The notes below the pieces were generated by a model. The model saw nothing but the letters and a program-made list of their open reading frames with translations. It did no database searches and had not been told where the DNA came from. A program made the position numbers and the translations under genes. A stretch of 64,000 bases of DNA from Candidatus Nomurabacteria bacterium (lineage in GTDB: Bacteria; Patescibacteriota; Minisyncoccia; Phycocordibacterales; UBA10002). Position 1 is the first letter of the stretch. Each line of letters begins with the position of its first letter. Below are positions 1 to 8,791 of this stretch, piece by piece. The stretch covers positions 5,401-69,400 of the forward strand of contig CALQZP010000001.1 in the NCBI GenBank assembly GCA_943349725.1, written 5' to 3'.

Positions 1-576
1 ATCTTGTTAGGCATTATGGGATCTTTAGTATCTACATTCCTAGCCTTCCAGCATGACCAGAATATCCTTAAATTCACTGCCCGCCCTAGACTTGCTTTTG
101 ACTTCATAAAATTTGAAGAAAACAATTCATACATAAAAGCAAGACAAACTGAAAAAGGTGCAGAGATCAAATTCCGTTTAGGTATATCGAATAATGGAGA
201 GTCTTACGCCAGAAACATCACTATACCTTCAGGATACTACAATCAAACAGAAGCTCTACACAACCAAGGTGCGGCTAAACTCATTAATACAATAAGTCCC
301 GTGTTGATTTCCCCGAGTGGACTTTTTTCTCTTGCTCCTCAAGAAAAAAGGACAGTAGAACTGACTGTTGATGCCCCTCTTTTTGACAAAAGAGCAGCAA
401 TTGACTTGACTGAAGCAGTCACGAGAAAACTCAATGTGGAATTTCCTTTAGAATTAAAGCTTTCCTATGAATGTGAACCTGAACTAAATTGTGGGATAAA
501 TCAATTTGATTTATCGTTAGTCTATAGACCTTCATGGGTTGACGTGACTCTTTCGACTCCTGATTCGAACAAATAG
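1..576 (+). CDS. hypothetical protein, 5' end cut by window edge
   Basis: Open frame from base 4 to stop at 574-576; translation shows no recognisable family. Confidence 0.35.
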   Translation: MLLGIMGSLVSTFLAFQHDQNILKFTARPRLAFDFIKFEENNSYIKARQTEKGAEIKFRLGISNNGESYARNITIPSGYYNQTEALHNQGAAKLINTISPVLISPSGLFSLAPQEKRTVELTVDAPLFDKRAAIDLTEAVTRKLNVEFPLELKLSYECEPELNCGINQFDLSLVYRPSWVDVTLSTPDSNK

Positions 577-640
577 ATTTAGTACCCCCTTTCAAGCTCC
601 TAATTTCTAAAACCAAACCTCTACGTGGTATGATAGCGGG

Positions 641-1078
641 ATGACAACACTGCCTCTCATGCTTATCATCCTCTGCGCGCTCACGGGATTTTCCATCGCG
701 CTCTATATTCATTTCAAGAAAAAAGAGCCCAAACCTCTTATCTGCCCTATCGGTCACTCCTGTGACCCGGTCGTGCGCAGTGACTACTCTCGGTTTATGT
801 GTATTCCGGTTGAGTGGCTCGGAATCCTCTACTATTTCCTCGTCCTCCTCGCCTATTTCCTCCTCGCTCTGCACCCTGCCCTGCACACGGAGGCTGTGCA
901 GGTGTTTCTGCTGGTAGTTTCGGGTCTTGCCTTTCTTTTCTCCGCCTATCTCACCGGCGTGCAAGCCTTCATTCTAAAAGAGTGGTGCTCGTGGTGCCTC
1001 TTTTCCGCAACTCTCTGCGCCATTATCTTCTTTACCACCCTTACTCTTTCGAGTGCCGAGATCATGATGTTTTTTTGA
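641..1078 (+). CDS. vitamin K epoxide reductase (VKOR)/DsbB-like thiol oxidoreductase membrane protein
   Basis: 145 aa, four hydrophobic segments, Cys pairs CPIGHSC and CSWC typical of VKOR-family CXXC active site. Confidence 0.55.
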   Translation: MTTLPLMLIILCALTGFSIALYIHFKKKEPKPLICPIGHSCDPVVRSDYSRFMCIPVEWLGILYYFLVLLAYFLLALHPALHTEAVQVFLLVVSGLAFLFSAYLTGVQAFILKEWCSWCLFSATLCAIIFFTTLTLSSAEIMMFF

Positions 1079-1088
1079 AAATTGGTAA

Positions 1089-1571
1089 TTGAAAATTGAT
1101 AATTTTATCACCATGTCAGTCTCCAAAATAACGTGGCAAGCTTACAATCGCCCGCAAGAGCCTCACGGCCCCGATTGGTACTGGGCGGTCAGTATTATCG
1201 CCCTCTCCATCACGGTGACGGCGATACTCCTTAACAACACACTTTTTGCCGTACTCGTCGTTATTAGCACCGTTTCTCTATTCCTCCGAACCCTTCAAGA
1301 GCCGCGCCTTATCACCTATGAACTTACAAACCGTGGCCTCTGGACCAACAAGACCTTTGAACCCTTTACCACCTTTGAATCATTTTATGTGACCGAACTT
1401 GAACCTACAAAGCTACTGATAAAAGCAAAGGGTTTGACGACCCCCCTTTCGGTTATTCCCCTTATGGAAATTGATCCGGACACCGTTCGCGAGTTCCTCC
1501 AGGACTATCTTGAAGAGGTACTGCTTGAAGAACCCCTCTCAAAAAGAATAATGGAGTACCTTAGGTTTTGA
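1089..1571 (+). CDS. hypothetical membrane protein
   Basis: 160 aa ORF with two predicted TM helices, no family recognised. Confidence 0.4.
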   Translation: MKIDNFITMSVSKITWQAYNRPQEPHGPDWYWAVSIIALSITVTAILLNNTLFAVLVVISTVSLFLRTLQEPRLITYELTNRGLWTNKTFEPFTTFESFYVTELEPTKLLIKAKGLTTPLSVIPLMEIDPDTVREFLQDYLEEVLLEEPLSKRIMEYLRF

Positions 1572-1609
1572 CGAAGAAGCGTTTAACGTGTAGCGTATAG
1601 CGGTTAGTC

Positions 1610-1684
1610 CCTCTTGTCGTTCAATGGATAGGACACTTCCCTGCGAAGGAAGAGATGCAGGTTCGATTCCTGCCAGGAGGACCA
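1610..1684 (+). tRNA. tRNA-Arg (anticodon GCG as folded by hand)
   Basis: Cloverleaf: acceptor cctcttg/caggagg, D-arm gttc/ggac, anticodon stem cttcc/ggaag with loop ctGCGaa, T-arm gcagg-ttcgatt-cctgc, discriminator A plus encoded CCA. Confidence 0.7.
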
Positions 1685-1756
1685 CAAAGACGCCGTTTAA
1701 CGAAAAACACCCTTTGGGGTGTTTTCGCTATCTACAAACCATGTGCCGTACAGACG

Positions 1757-2695
1757 CTAAACTCGCGTCACTTCGCAGAGTTTGGCGTTTATGTCACATC
1801 GTGATTTCCAGAAAAAATACCCCACAATGAAGACGGTGGTGAGGGGCGATACCCACGCGGGTACGGGTATATGAAACGCGTGAAGAAGCATAATCGCACC
1901 AAGAAAAAAGACGGAGTACATAGCTCCGTTCTTGAGAAAAATATACTTCTTTACCGTTTCTATATTTGAGACCGTGAGTTTCCGAAGCACAATGGCGCCA
2001 ATACCATTCCCGATAAGAATAAGCGGAATGGAGAGTGTAAAGGCGAATGCGCCCAGCACTCCGTCTACAGAAAAAGTCGCGTCAATAACTTCAAGATACA
2101 AAATCTTGCTGATATCAGATTTCTTTGAAGAACCCGAGAGGAGCTCCTTTTCGGCGCGCTCCGCGTTCTCCTTAAACCCGTGGGTTATGAAAAAGGCAGT
2201 GGAGCCGATGACAGCCCCAAAGGCCATAAGCGGGTCTGTCTTGAGTGCAAGCCACACAACGACAGAGAGCAGGATTGAGACGATAGCATAGAACCATACA
2301 CCTTGCTTCACAAAAAAACGCTCACCAGGAAGCCCAAAGTGTTTTTCCTCAAGGAAAAGCCAGTGGAGAAACAAAAATATAAGAAAGATGCCTCCACCCG
2401 CCATAAGGATTGGCGCTGACTTCTCTATCGCGCTGTGTACCACGGGGTCGCTTGACCATGTAGCGGTGAAAGCACCAATGGGACCGAGCGAGGGCACCGT
2501 CGCCCAAATGATGACCCACGGCAAAAGTCCTCGTACGACGAATACCGCGAACAGTATCCCCCAAAAGAGGAACCATCGGCGCATCTTCGCAGACATAGTG
2601 CGAAGCACCTCCGCGTTGATAATCGCATTATCGGCACTTGAGATTATCTCAAAGAGCACAAGACCAAGCACGGTAAGGATTGAACTTATGAGCAT
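1757..2695 (-). CDS. TerC/DUF475-family integral membrane protein
   Basis: 312 aa, multiple TM helices; duplicated motifs EIISSADNAI and EVIDATFSVDGV resemble the E-SLS-DN repeats of DUF475/TerC. Confidence 0.5.
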   Translation of the reverse strand: MLISSILTVLGLVLFEIISSADNAIINAEVLRTMSAKMRRWFLFWGILFAVFVVRGLLPWVIIWATVPSLGPIGAFTATWSSDPVVHSAIEKSAPILMAGGGIFLIFLFLHWLFLEEKHFGLPGERFFVKQGVWFYAIVSILLSVVVWLALKTDPLMAFGAVIGSTAFFITHGFKENAERAEKELLSGSSKKSDISKILYLEVIDATFSVDGVLGAFAFTLSIPLILIGNGIGAIVLRKLTVSNIETVKKYIFLKNGAMYSVFFLGAIMLLHAFHIPVPAWVSPLTTVFIVGYFFWKSRCDINAKLCEVTRV

Positions 2696-2762
2696 AGATG
2701 AGGAATACTATACTCCTGTTTTCCAAAAGTAAAAACTCCCCTGTGGGGGAGCTTTTCCTCTT

Positions 2763-2817
2763 GTCATTCCAGCGGAAGCGGGAATCCATTCTGGATCCCC
2801 ACTTTCGTGGGGATGAC
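2763..2817. repeat. twin-hairpin palindromic element (gtcattccagcgRaagcKggaatcc family), copy 1
   Basis: Two adjacent stem-loops with GNRA-like loops; near-identical 5' half to the element at 51065-51140. Confidence 0.6.
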
Positions 2818-2846
2818 ACTAAAGTAATTCCGAAATTACCTTAGTG

Positions 2847-3110
2847 TCACTTTGTTCGCGCAATGAGCTTCATCAGGCGAGACTTCTTTCGGTCGGCGGT
2901 CCCCTTCTTGAGGGTGTGCTCTTTTGCTGCCTTATCCAGCGCCTTGTAGGCGGTCGGCAGGAGCTTAATGGCCTCCGCTACTTTCTTCTCGGAAACAAGC
3001 TTCTTAATTTTCTTAAGGGTGTTATCAACGTCCTGCTTTCGGCGCACGTTGAACACTCGCTTTTTGAGCGAGGAACGATGGGCCTTTTTTGCTGAACTGG
3101 TTATTGCCAT
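2847..3110 (-). CDS. rpsT: 30S ribosomal protein S20
   Basis: 87 aa, basic, MAITSSAKKAHRSSLKKR... matches the S20 N-terminus and length. Confidence 0.8.
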   Translation of the reverse strand: MAITSSAKKAHRSSLKKRVFNVRRKQDVDNTLKKIKKLVSEKKVAEAIKLLPTAYKALDKAAKEHTLKKGTADRKKSRLMKLIARTK

Positions 3111-3242
3111 GGAATGGGCGCTAGGACCTAGGCCTTAGGCGCTAGGAAACAAAGCCCAAAAAGAGTAACAGATACAAACGGAAAAAGCAATTTTCTTTCC
3201 TAAAGCCTAGTGCCTAGAGCCTAGAGCCTATATACTATTCCT

Positions 3243-3809
3243 ATGATTTCCTACGTTTCCGGCACCGTCGTAGAGAAAGAAGCCAAGTTCGCCATTGTGG
3301 ACGTCTGTGGCATTGGGTATCGAGTATTCGTGACAGACGACACGATGCAAAAACTCCGCATTGGGGCGCAGGCCAAGCTCCTTACGCGCCATGTCGTGCG
3401 CGAAGACGCGGAAGAACTCTTCGGCTTCCTTGAAACTGACGACTTAAAACTCTTTGAACTTCTTTTGAGTGTCCCGGGTATTGGTCCAAAGACAGCACTT
3501 AACATTTTGAATGTCGCCACACCCGAAACCCTCCGCCGTTCCATTACGTCTGGTGAAGTCGCCTACCTTACCAAGATTTCGGGTATCGGCAAAAAAACCG
3601 CGGAAAAAATCGTACTTGAACTCAAAGACAAGTTAGGTAAAGGCGAAGAAGGAACTACCCTCAAAGAAGAAGTGGACGCGCTAGAGGCACTCAAATCACT
3701 TGGCTACTCACATGGAGAAGCGCGCGAAGCGCTCAAAAATCTTCCTGAACATGTGTCCACCACCAGCGACCGCGTAAAGCATGCGCTTAAGGTGCTGGGA
3801 AAACGCTGA
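3243..3809 (+). CDS. ruvA: Holliday junction branch migration protein RuvA
   Basis: 188 aa; MISYVSGTV...AIVDVCGIGYRVFV OB-fold N-terminus, HhH middle, C-terminal domain III. Confidence 0.85.
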   Translation: MISYVSGTVVEKEAKFAIVDVCGIGYRVFVTDDTMQKLRIGAQAKLLTRHVVREDAEELFGFLETDDLKLFELLLSVPGIGPKTALNILNVATPETLRRSITSGEVAYLTKISGIGKKTAEKIVLELKDKLGKGEEGTTLKEEVDALEALKSLGYSHGEAREALKNLPEHVSTTSDRVKHALKVLGKR

Positions 3810-3864
3810 TTGACAATGTCTATACAACTGCTATACTGGCTTTTTAGCAATTTCGTATACACAT

Positions 3865-4137
3865 ATGAACTCACTCATCAGTGTTCGCATAGACCCAAAA
3901 ACGAAAAAATCCGCGCAAAAGACACTCGAAGAACTGGGGCTTGACCTCTCCGCAGGTATTACCTTGTTCCTCGAACAGGTTATTGAAACCGAGTCTATCC
4001 CCTTCACCATTGCAACAAAGCGGGGGCATACACTAAGGCACTGGAAGCTCTACAAGAAAGAAATTGCGTGGGCAAAAAAACATGGAAAAGGCTACCGAAC
4101 AGCTGAAGAAATGCATGCGGATATCTTGAAAGGTTAA
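3865..4137 (+). CDS. RelB/DinJ-family antitoxin
   Basis: 90 aa; SVRIDPKTKKSAQKTLEELGLDLSAGITLFLEQV matches the DinJ ribbon-helix-helix antitoxin. Confidence 0.7.
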   Translation: MNSLISVRIDPKTKKSAQKTLEELGLDLSAGITLFLEQVIETESIPFTIATKRGHTLRHWKLYKKEIAWAKKHGKGYRTAEEMHADILKG

Positions 4138-4225
4138 TGCACTGTCATGTACTCTCTTCATCCTTCAAAGAGCTACAAAGAGAGGGTTAAAGCGACTTTC
4201 TCGTTCGGGACAATTTGATTGGAAG

Positions 4226-4426
4226 ATGCTTGATAGAGTCTTAAATGTACTTGCCTCGGGCAACCTACTTCCCTTGCGATACGGCAACCACCCCTTGCAA
4301 GGAGAATATACGGGCTGTTTTGAGTGTCACATCAAGGGCGACTTACTTCTCATCTATGAAGTCGACGAGCTCAAGCAAATCTTGACACTTGTTACGATTG
4401 GTAGTCATTCGGAACTCTTTAGATAG
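4226..4426 (+). CDS. YafQ/RelE-family toxin, C-terminal two-thirds (N-terminus in another frame, see findings)
   Basis: GNHPLQGEYTGCFECHIKGDLLLIYEVDE...IGSHSELF is a very close match to the YafQ catalytic core; an in-frame ATG start is missing. Confidence 0.6.
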   Translation: MLDRVLNVLASGNLLPLRYGNHPLQGEYTGCFECHIKGDLLLIYEVDELKQILTLVTIGSHSELFR

Positions 4427-6080
4427 GACGTAGGTGTCGTTCATAAATGGTGAACACCGCTTCACTGCGGGGATTATAGACATAGTGTGGCGGAAGACCT
4501 TTGGTGAGCTCGGTAAAGGCTGGGTCGGGCACGATGTTTCCTTCCACGAAATAGAAGTCTCGAAATCCTGACCGCTCGTAATAGTCCGCTCCATTTTCAC
4601 GAAGGTACTGCTGATACGTTGCAAAATCTATAATCGGCCAACCGTGATATATCTTTAATCGGTCAAGCCTCCAGAGTTTTGCCCCGTGGTCAAAGTTACC
4701 GTACGTTACGATGAGTGCGGGATACGGAAGATACCCCTTCCGCTCCCCTTTCCTGATAGAGGTATCCTGTTCTCTTTCTATAAACGCGTACTGCATCCTA
4801 AAGGTCGCCGAGGGAATTTTCCTCGCCAGTTCACGGTCGAAATAGTCGCCAAGCTCGTTGTAGCCCCAGTTGTAATTCTCGTAGCGTATCTTGGACGAAA
4901 GCCACGGCTTTTGCCCTACCGGGTAATATGCGATTTGATTATTTATTGAATAGAAAACCTCAAAAAGTAAAACGGGGACGAGTAACCACAAAAAGTATTT
5001 TCTGAGCTGTAGGTGCGTTTGCAAAAACGCCCCGACAGAAAGCGCGAGAAACGGAGTGAGCATCGCAAGAAATCGGAACCCGGGACCAATAACCGCGAGA
5101 AGGAGCAGGAGGTACCCGAGACTAATGAGGAGAAACGGGCTACGCAAAAAGAAAAGCGCGACCCCGGCGAGGGCGAGAAATAGCCACGAATGCGAACCGA
5201 CAAGGCGCGGAAAGAAATCTTGCGCGCGTTCAAGAAGTGAACCGACCTCCTTCCCCGGAGCCACCTGCCACTCCTTCGGGTTTTGCCCGAACACATAGGA
5301 AAACTGAAAATCAAAATGCCCGACGGTTTTATACAGCATCACGTTGTAGATGATAACGGGCGAAAAGATGACGACGGCGAGAGAGAGTGCGAGCCACAAA
5401 TCTTTGCGTCGAAATGCTTCGCGGTGATAGAGAAGCAAAAACGTGCCGAAGATGGGGAACAAAATAAAAGCGTTGTACTTTGTAAGAAGCGCAAGTCCTA
5501 GGGTAATACCGAGCGGTATAAAGGAACGGCCTTCACGCACTGCCCGCAAAAAAAGGTACGAGGCGAGTAGTAAAAAGAAAATAACAAAAGATTCCTGCAT
5601 TCCCACGCGAGAAATATAGATATGATTGAGTGTGACCGAAAGTAGACTGGCTGAAATCAGTCCCGCTGAGGCAGTAAACAGGAGCGAGCCGAGCAAAAAG
5701 ATAAGGTAGACCGAGGCGACTCCAAGGAGCGCGGACGGTAGGCGCATAGCGAAATTATTTTCGCCAAATACCTTGATAGAGAGGTGCTGTACCCAAAAGA
5801 CCAGTGGTGGATGGTCGTGAAATGAGAGGCTTGTCCAGAGAGGAGGCGCGGGGTCAAACCATTCAAGCGGAGTCGTCTGCTTCCCCGCCTCGTCAAAATC
5901 AAGGAGTCCCACGGCACGAAATCCATAGAACACTTCGTCGTTCACCGTATCACCACGTGAAATCCACCCCACACGGAGCAACGCGGAAACAAAAAGAATG
6001 GCGAGAAGTACTTTTTTTACGGTAGTGGCAGACACACTGAAAAAATACCACCGAACTTCGTGGTACACAAGACACCTCAC
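4419..6080 (-). CDS. GT39-family (PMT/ArnT-like) polyprenol-phosphate-sugar dependent glycosyltransferase
   Basis: 553 aa, about 11 TM helices plus a soluble C-terminal domain; architecture and N-terminal loop typical of dolichyl-phosphate-mannose protein mannosyltransferase-like GT-C enzymes. Confidence 0.55.
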   Translation of the reverse strand: MRCLVYHEVRWYFFSVSATTVKKVLLAILFVSALLRVGWISRGDTVNDEVFYGFRAVGLLDFDEAGKQTTPLEWFDPAPPLWTSLSFHDHPPLVFWVQHLSIKVFGENNFAMRLPSALLGVASVYLIFLLGSLLFTASAGLISASLLSVTLNHIYISRVGMQESFVIFFLLLASYLFLRAVREGRSFIPLGITLGLALLTKYNAFILFPIFGTFLLLYHREAFRRKDLWLALSLAVVIFSPVIIYNVMLYKTVGHFDFQFSYVFGQNPKEWQVAPGKEVGSLLERAQDFFPRLVGSHSWLFLALAGVALFFLRSPFLLISLGYLLLLLAVIGPGFRFLAMLTPFLALSVGAFLQTHLQLRKYFLWLLVPVLLFEVFYSINNQIAYYPVGQKPWLSSKIRYENYNWGYNELGDYFDRELARKIPSATFRMQYAFIEREQDTSIRKGERKGYLPYPALIVTYGNFDHGAKLWRLDRLKIYHGWPIIDFATYQQYLRENGADYYERSGFRDFYFVEGNIVPDPAFTELTKGLPPHYVYNPRSEAVFTIYERHLRPI

Positions 6081-6111
6081 TCTCGTAGCAAAAGTGTTGT
6101 AAACTTGAGGT

Positions 6112-7611
6112 ATGTTACAGAAACTCTCCGACCAAAAAATTTTCTGGGGAATGATAACGCTCTATGTTGTTGTTTTTGGAACCCTTACGGTTTTGCGCCA
6201 TGACAATTTTCAAACGCAAACGTGGGATATGGGAATCTTTACACAATCCTTTTGGAACGCGTCTCATGGCCGTGGACTCGTGAACACCATAGAACAGGTG
6301 CCAAACCATCTGGGCGTGCACTACAGTCCCTTTCTCTTTTTGCTTGTTCCCGGATATGCACTTTTCCAAGGTTTCTCTGCACAGGCGGGTCCCTACTACC
6401 TCCTTATCATGCAGGCACTCGCGCTCGCGCTCGGAGCCTGGCCTCTTTTCCTCCTCGCAAAAAAGCTCCTCGCTGAACAAAGCATTACTTCTTCATGGTG
6501 GCCTTTCGCGATTACCCTAGCCTACCTCCTCTATCCCCCGCTCCATGCGTTACAGATGTACGATTTTCATGAAGTCGCCTTCTTTGTCCCTCTCTTGCTC
6601 TTCGCCCTCTATTTTCTTGAGACAAAAAAATGGCTCTGGGCGGGATTGTTTTTACTTCTCGCAGGAGCCACCAAAGAAGATGCTATCCTTGTCGTCCTAT
6701 TTGTCGGACTGTTTCTACTGGCCAAGCGAACTTCTCTTCAGAAAAACGGCCTACCGTCAGGAAAGCGCACCAAGAATATAGTCGCGGGGATCATCATTGT
6801 TTCTGCTTTTGTGTATTTTCTTCTTGTTGCCAAAGTGCTCATGCCTGCGGAAGGTGGTGGTTTGTTACGAATTGATAGATACGCGCACCTTGGTGAAACG
6901 GGACTAGAGATAGTGAGTAGCGCGATAACTCATCCACTTCTGCTTCTACAGACGGTGGCTACCCTGCCGAAAATAGAATATTCCTTTTGGCTTCTGCTCC
7001 CGGTCTTGTTTCTCCCGCTTCTGTCGTGGCGAGCTCTCATCCTCCTTATCCCCGGACTCGCTGAAAACCTCCTCACCAATTACACACCTCAATTCAGCAG
7101 TGCGTATCATTATGATGCGCTGCTCATACCAGGACTGTTTCTCGCGACTATCTATGGTGCAAAAATTGCGTTGCTCAGATTTCCGGACAGAGAAAAACAA
7201 CTGCGTCTGCTTTTCCTAACCGCGATGCTTGTAGGCTTTCTGACCAACTCTCCGCTTCGTCCAACAGCTTTTCCGACCGATTATTTCCACACGTCCGAAA
7301 AAAAGGTGGCATATCAGAATCTGGTGCGCCTCGTTCCGCCAGAGGTAAGCGTGTCGGCCGATACCAATCTTGTTCCCCACATGGCGAACCGTGAAAAGAT
7401 ATACTTTGCTGGCTTCGAACCCGAGCTCTCCGATATCGCCTTGCTGAACACCGAGAATATGTTTGGTTTTGAAAACACAGAGACAATCGGAAACTATATT
7501 GAGAGTTATGAAAGATCAGGAGAGTACAACCTCTATGTCTTCGACGACCGGTATGTGGTTCTTCTCAATAAAAAATTGAAAGTGACTGGTTTACCCGCGC
7601 AGGCGCAGTAG
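6112..7611 (+). CDS. DUF2079-family polytopic membrane protein (putative GT-C glycosyltransferase)
   Basis: 499 aa; N-terminal RHDNF-TWDMGIFTQSFW motif and TM-rich layout match DUF2079. Confidence 0.45.
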   Translation: MLQKLSDQKIFWGMITLYVVVFGTLTVLRHDNFQTQTWDMGIFTQSFWNASHGRGLVNTIEQVPNHLGVHYSPFLFLLVPGYALFQGFSAQAGPYYLLIMQALALALGAWPLFLLAKKLLAEQSITSSWWPFAITLAYLLYPPLHALQMYDFHEVAFFVPLLLFALYFLETKKWLWAGLFLLLAGATKEDAILVVLFVGLFLLAKRTSLQKNGLPSGKRTKNIVAGIIIVSAFVYFLLVAKVLMPAEGGGLLRIDRYAHLGETGLEIVSSAITHPLLLLQTVATLPKIEYSFWLLLPVLFLPLLSWRALILLIPGLAENLLTNYTPQFSSAYHYDALLIPGLFLATIYGAKIALLRFPDREKQLRLLFLTAMLVGFLTNSPLRPTAFPTDYFHTSEKKVAYQNLVRLVPPEVSVSADTNLVPHMANREKIYFAGFEPELSDIALLNTENMFGFENTETIGNYIESYERSGEYNLYVFDDRYVVLLNKKLKVTGLPAQAQ

Positions 7612-8298
7612 AAAAACTTTCCAAAAACTCTCAAAGATGATGTTCCAGTTAAACTTTGACAAGCCGATCTTCCGTTCGGTAAAGGTAATCGGTATTTCAC
7701 AAATGCGAAATCCCGCTTTGTGCGCCAGGTAGGTGGTTTCAATCTGGAAGTTGTAGCCAACCGAACTCAAGGCAAGGAAGTCTATGGCTTCAAGTGCTTC
7801 TTTCCGGAAACATTTAAATCCACCGGTAAGGTCGTGGTACGAGAGACCCAAAATGATGCGCGCGTAGAGATTACCGAACTTGCTGATGAGTCTGCGAGAA
7901 AATCCCCATTGCTCTATCTTTCCACCCGGCACATACCGCGAACCGAGTACTAGGTCGGAGGCTTTTGAAGCAGTGAGCAGAGCAGGAATAACGAGAGGGT
8001 CGTGCGAGAGGTCGGCGTCCATTTGGATAATGCGCGAGCCCGCTGGAGCCTTAGAAAGCACCTCCTTAAACCCCGCCACATACGCGGTCCCTAGTCCCTG
8101 CTTCCCTTCCCGATGCAACACGCGGAGGGGATACTTCTTCGCAAGTTCGTCAGCAATCTTTCCGGTTCCATCGGGAGAATTGTCGTCCACCACCATAAGC
8201 TCAAGTTCGGGTATTTGCAACGCAAAAATCCTCTCCAACAAAATGGGGAGGTTCTCACGCTCATTGTAGGTTGGGATAACAATGAATGTCTTTGACAC
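7591..8298 (-). CDS. polyprenol/dolichol-phosphate mannosyltransferase (GT2, Dpm1/Ppm1-like)
   Basis: 235 aa; IVIPTYNEREN, MVVDDNSPDGT and the DAD motif are typical of the GT2 Dpm1 family. Confidence 0.85.
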   Translation of the reverse strand: MSKTFIVIPTYNERENLPILLERIFALQIPELELMVVDDNSPDGTGKIADELAKKYPLRVLHREGKQGLGTAYVAGFKEVLSKAPAGSRIIQMDADLSHDPLVIPALLTASKASDLVLGSRYVPGGKIEQWGFSRRLISKFGNLYARIILGLSYHDLTGGFKCFRKEALEAIDFLALSSVGYNFQIETTYLAHKAGFRICEIPITFTERKIGLSKFNWNIIFESFWKVFLLRLRG

Positions 8299-8361
8299 AG
8301 GTTGATTCTAGCAGAACGCGGAAAAAACTCATCTACACGGTATCTACCGTCGTGGCAAACA

Positions 8362-8447
8362 AATAAAGTTTGTCCTCGTCCTATCCCTGCCGAGGTCTTA
8401 CGAGGGAACAGCTTGCTGCGGGGGATAGGACGAGGACAAACTTTATT
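8362..8447. repeat. long perfect hairpin (26 bp stem aataaagtttgtcctcgtcctatccc), family copy 1
   Basis: Perfect inverted repeat seen directly; the stem sequence is shared with the hairpin at 54123-54206. Confidence 0.7.
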
Positions 8448-8482
8448 ATGGCATATTTTCGTGTTGTGCGCTTAAAAAACTC

Positions 8483-8634
8483 CTGTAACTCTCCACGCCT
8501 GTCGAAATAAGGCTCTCTTGTTCCTCCTTTACTAAAGGAGGTGCCGAGTCTCTCGAGGCGGAGGATTTTTAAATCCCTCGGCCTACGGCCACTCCCTTTA
8601 GTAAAGGGAGAATAAGATGTGTGGAGAGTTACAA
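8483..8634. repeat. nested multi-hairpin palindromic region
   Basis: Outer stem gtaactctccaca/tgtggagagttac encloses two smaller palindromes (cctcctttactaaaggagg and ctccctttagtaaagggag). Confidence 0.5.
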
Positions 8635-8690
8635 ACTCCTTGAAGTTGCAAAAAGAAAACCGCTCCATTCGCCGAGGCGAATTGGAGCGG

Positions 8691-8791
8691 TAATTTGTTG
8701 TGGTGAACGCCGCATCGTTCACCTGTTAACCCAAAGAACTATCGCGCAAAGCGGTGCGCGAGCCCGTTTTAGAAAACGGGCAAAATGTTAC
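8691..8791. repeat. about 100 nt direct repeat, copy 1 (palindrome gtgaacgccgcatcgttcac plus cccgttttagaaaacggg hairpin)
   Basis: Roughly 96% identical to 9528-9624; overlaps the stop codon of the 8788-9393 gene. Confidence 0.75.

Noticed and set aside
1610-1684. Alternative anticodon assignment for the first tRNA
   Set aside because: Hand folding gives a 4 nt variable loop and anticodon GCG (Arg). ACG is more common in bacteria, but the loop CTGCGAA fixes GCG unless the fold is shifted. Arg is kept at moderate confidence.
1624-1830. 68 aa ORF overlapping the tRNA-Arg gene
   Set aside because: It lies on top of a well-folding tRNA and has no coding signal.
8381-8722. ORFs 8381-8722 and 9293-9556 with similar starts (MNDAAFTTT / MSDSAFTTT)
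   Set aside because: The similarity comes from the 100 nt DNA repeat they start in. They read through perfect hairpins and lack RBS context, so they are an artefact of the repeat.
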